Origin: Neoechinorhynchus agilis
Taxonomy: Eukaryota > Animalia > Acanthocephala
Direction: 5' to 3'
Assembly: GCA_051530055.1 (NCBI GenBank)
Contig: CM121341.1
Span: 13,556,784-13,620,783 of the forward strand
DNA length: 64,000 nucleotides
The position numbers and the translations under genes are program-made. The notes beneath the pieces are model-generated. The model was not told the DNA's origin. It was given only the letters and a program-made list of their open reading frames with translations, and ran no database searches. Positions 58,316-64,000 of this stretch are shown here, piece after piece (within the stretch, counting starts at the first letter, position 1; the number at the start of each line of letters is the position of its first letter).

Positions 58316-60593
58316 ACCAACACATAGATGCTGAAAAAGAGTTATTATTATTTCCAACCCTACAAGCTTAAGAATATTGCTCAGTGGCACGGGTTGCGTA
58401 CGGTTTAAAATCCATTAGTGGTCACATTTCGCCTTCGCGATTTTATTCGTGAAAAGTACCTTTTAGATAATGTGGAATTTGCGCCATAGAAAAGGTATCC
58501 TTATACTTTTAGAAAGTTGTTTGAAATTTGGTAGCTGTCTAATAATTTAAAATTCATTTTTCAGCTTGATACCAATTTTTGTAGGGGTTTCGAAACCTCA
58601 CTTTAGTGCAAATCGACCATAATAAAGTATTGTTATTATTAGATGTAGGAAATTCGTTCGTTCATTTTAGGTCACATAATGAAATAAAAAAATGCCATAG
58701 ATGCAAATCTTTTAAATCACATAAAATCATTTTTTTCATAATCCAAAACTAGCGCCCATATATTTTTTTGATGAAAATCTAGAGAAAGTGGTGTAAAAGT
58801 TTGATAGTTATCCAATACCTTAAAGAAATGAGAATATAATTTTTAGTTTGACGTCAATTTTAAAAACTTTGTAATTTGTGGGTTTCGATAGAAATCTGAT
58901 TTTTTAATATCCTTTATCAGTCTCTAGTTGATTTTGGCCAATAATTGGAAAGGTTTTTAAATTTAAATAATGTAATTTAAATTTTACTAACTACGCCATT
59001 CTAAGTTTGAATATTAATACTCAGTGAGGATATTTTAGCTCATATGCTCGAGATCTTAAAATGAAATTTCATTTATAAACTTCGAATTTGGTGCCACATT
59101 GTGTGATTCCGCGTCGTTTAAGTTTTTTCTTCGATGCTAAAAATTCAAATCACCTCGATTTAGTATGGTATCTGAGACTCCTCTAAAGATTCTGTACCTG
59201 TACTTTGATATGGCTGCCAATTTTTTAATCTGATTTAAAAAAAATTAGAAATCTCATTTTTTAATTAATTACATATTCGTTTTCACATTTCTGAGTTAAT
59301 GCCCGAAAAATTGAAATCTTTAGTCGATATCTTTTGTTATCCCCTTTGGTATTGACTTATCATCCGTAAGATTCAATGGCAATCTTACGATGGTTGAAAT
59401 GCTAGAATATCCATCGTCATCGCACGATTGATGTAAATAGGTATTGTTTGGCATCGTAGTATCGTTCGATGTGCTAAGCTTTAATAGATTTCTAGCATTT
59501 TCCGGTTCTAGGTGAATAAATGATAGGAAACAGTTGAGCATGCGGTCAATCCAATAGTCAATATCTATCACTAAATAGTCTTTTTCGTTTTCCGATCTGG
59601 GTTGCATAAATATGAGATTTCTATCTGAGTAACACGGGGTCCTTCTACCGTTTCCGTGGAAACGGAATTTGGGAATACTGACAAACTTACTGCTAAGGAC
59701 CGACCGAAACTGTTTTAAAATCTTGCTCGACGCGAATTGTATGCAAAGCTATAACTCCAATGAATCGTAGTGGTGCCTTTTTGAAATAGATTCTTGAAAA
59801 TAAAATTCATTTTACTTGCGGTCGAATCAAACAAAGAATGGTATTCTTCATAGTTTTGATTCGCTATATAACTCCTATGAGAAATTTCCTATACGATTAC
59901 AAGCCTGTTCGCTGAGCGAAATGTTGCCTTTTCAATGAACGATTGTAATTCGCATCAATTTAGCATTGAGAAATGGGCAAAAACTACATCTAACTCCAAA
60001 TTCAACGTTAAAGAATAAATAAAGGAAAATCCGCATAGAGTTGTTTATTTCTTTTACAATTCAAATATTCTCAAATGGCTGCCTATAAAACCCAGAAATC
60101 TAAAATCGATACCGCAATCTAATTTGAAAAACCACTTTAAAACTGCGATTTTCTCCTATCTTTTAAAGCTACAAAAAACAAAATTTGTAATCTTTCAAAT
60201 ATATTTCCAAGAAAGTTTTCCTTCCTGCTTGTCTTCCTTAACAATAAAACTTTGCGCCATTAAAAAGTATGCTTTCTTCGAAAATAACAGCAATTTAATG
60301 AGATTGACTCGATCAATGCATATTTTTATGTCAATATTCCTATGGTATTGCAGGTGTACCTCTTACAAAAATGGCCAATTTCGCCAAAGCACAGTTCCAC
60401 CGACACTAGTTTATAGCCGATTCTCCGGATATAAACTTAGATCTCTTTTTGCTGTCATGGTTGTTATTGCCAGACGAACATTAAAGTGTTCTTTAGGGTA
60501 GAGCACCGAATAGCATCGTAAAAGAGTAAGAGTAATCTAGTTACTATTTGAGTGTACTTGAGAATGTCTTCGCTTACTAGTTCCGCTCGTTAA

Positions 60594-62077
60594 ATGTCTC
60601 CATTTAGTAACGACAATATTACTTCTCAAGTATCATCAAGTATTGGATGTCCTGTTCCAGTCCATTTCTCCAATCTCACATTACATCAAACAGCTACCGG
60701 GACAACGGCAGGTGACTTCACAAACACAGCAGTGGCACTATATGCTTTGAGCTACGTCGTAGCTCTACCAGCCTTCCTTGCGCACCTATATTTCCTTTCA
60801 TTCGTTGGCTACAATAAGAACGTTAGATTCACGTCTATCTTCTGGATATTGAACTATTCCGCCACAGATGCAATCGTTGCCACATTTTTCCTTCTCTTCT
60901 TTCCAATCAAAGTATACGTCGAATGCACCGATCAATCGAAAGCGCTTATGCTAAATGGGAACCAAATATTGAATTTTTTAGTTCCCAATTAGATTTAAAA
61001 TTGCTTTTGCGATAACCGGAAATTATATTCTCACTTCGATGACCGTAGTACAAAACTATCTCTTAGCTACGATGAGCCTTACAAGATACTTTTGTGTGAC
61101 AAAAAATTGGGTTCCGAGCAAGAGAATGAACATTGCTCTGTGTATACTCATCTATGGTATTCCTGCCCTTTTGCTATCACCGTTCATTGAAGATACGATC
61201 AATTGGTTTGGCAGTGAGAATAATATTTTTGATGAGCTTAAATTCGCGGAAAAACTTTTATTGTACGAGCAACTCTCTCGAAGAGTTATGCGAATGATGA
61301 TCAGCAACTAAAATAACGAAAACTTTTTTAGATTTAATATAAATATTCTTATCATGAAGGAAAAGTTGAAATCAATTTAAAAAACTTTAAAGGAGATTTT
61401 GCTAAAATCGAAAAAGTAAAATGTGAGCAGATAGTATTGAACTCGGTGATTATTTACCTAATCGAACTTTCCGTTTCGATCCATAACTCGGACGGCAATT
61501 ACAAAGCAGAGAGAGATTATCAAGATAAAATTCATTTTTTAAAAGTCAATTTTCCCACGTTTGCCATTTACGTCGAAACGAGTCTTCTCAAAGTCAAAAT
61601 AGCCAGAATTATTTTGGTGTCTCTCACTCTTTCTTTCAACCAAAAAACCATGAATGTATCTACTAAATTTGATGCTTCGTCGGTGAATCGCTACGGCATA
61701 GCCAAAGCGATGGCCCAAGTACTTCTCTGCATTCTGTTGCCCTTTTCAACATCGATCATAAGTAGTGTTTTGTTGATTCTGCACGTTCGTCGATGTGGTA
61801 TAAACGCAAAATCTACAAAGAAAACGCATTTAAAGATTACAAAGAAGTTGCTGATTTTGTATGCCATATTCGGTGTATTTTGGATTCCATCTTTCGCTCA
61901 ATTATTTATGAATAAGATAAACCTGACACTTCTGCTACTTATAATGCTCGGAATGTCTATCTCATGTCTCAGCGATTCAGTAATCATTCTTCAACTTGAC
62001 AATCGATTTAAATCAATAGCCTTGCAACCAATCAAACATTTATTCGGTAACTCAAACGGATCGCCCAGCAATACTGC

Positions 62078-62090
<13 letters not shown>
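60594..62090 (+). CDS. Divergent class A (rhodopsin-like) 7TM receptor, multi-exon
   Basis: Seven hydrophobic segments across three ORFs. TM2 LNYSATD, TM3 end MSLTRYFCV (DRY-like), TM6 FWIP, TM7 ending LQLDNRFK. Exon boundaries were not fully resolved. Confidence 0.75.
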
Positions 62091-63436
<1,346 letters not shown>

Positions 63437-63499
63437 CGTCTAAAAACACTCAAAATTCTGCAAAAAGGACATTGGTCCACCCCATTATCTTTTCTTAAA

Positions 63500-63671
63500 T
63501 ATGTGGAAGTGGGGAAAAATTATATATCAAAGAATCACTTTAATTGAAACATTTCGTCCACTCGAATATTCCTTCGGAAACCGTAATTTACTTAACAAAT
63601 CCAGTGTGATTGGACGAAATATTTCAATTAAAGTGATTCTTTGATATATAATTTCCCCCCACTTCCACATA
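63500..63671. repeat. 172-bp near-perfect inverted repeat upstream of DIMT1
   Basis: 61-bp arms, TATGTGGAAGTGGGG..AAATTATATATCAAAGAATCACTTTAATTGAAA.ATTTCGTCCA and its reverse complement, around a 50-nt loop. Confidence 0.9.
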
Positions 63672-64000
63672 CTCATGGCTGTTATCTTTAACTCTTAAAA
63701 GCATTTGCGAATTTTAACACGTGCATTCTTTCATATTCAATACGCATCAATCACAATGAAACGTACTATTCACGCCCCAGTCGAATGCCGCAATGCCTGC
63801 ATCTCGTTTTGAGAGTTCGCTTTCTCGTTCGTTCCAGCTTGGAAGTTGAGAATATTAAGTCAAATGCGTTCACATCGATGCTTTCCCCACTTTTATTCAC
63901 AAATGAAGATGGCGGCGGAATTACGAAAGCGAACTTTATTTTATAGAGGATCTTCAATCAATTTGTTTTTTATTGAAATGCAAAGGAAAATAGTTTTTAC

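Noticed and set aside
59320-59607. 95-aa minus-strand ORF
   Set aside because: No homology or splice evidence that can be recognised by eye.

Overview
AT-rich genomic DNA from an invertebrate animal with very short spliceosomal introns (mostly 43-65 nt); the taxon cannot be assigned from this window. Host genes: a 5'-truncated multi-AT-hook protein, two divergently oriented FoxO-like paralogues (one with a 132-bp coding repeat in ABC-ABC-A order), an ELP6-like gene, tRNA-Lys(UUU), MRPL18, PP1-beta, a minimal Pygopus-like PHD protein, a myristoylated neuronal calcium sensor, a bacterial-type fused trehalose-6-phosphate synthase/phosphatase with introns, PPP1R21-like, CSE1L, EIF3I, an atypical class A GPCR and DIMT1. 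Between them lie a decayed L2/CR1-group LINE, five CRE-like RLE retrotransposon fragments, a Penelope-like remnant, hAT remnants and several foldback elements. Main leads: (1) the probably horizontally acquired TPS-TPP has lost key catalytic residues in both domains; (2) a 345-bp TG...CA insertion without GT-AG ends splits the catalytic motif of an otherwise intact DIMT1; (3) three unrelated hairpins of 172-174 bp sit just upstream of housekeeping start codons; (4) a foldback family carries a tRNA-derived segment; (5) the DIMT1 and GPCR coding sequences overlap tail to tail. All gene models were spliced by eye and all homologies recalled from known motifs; no database search was run.
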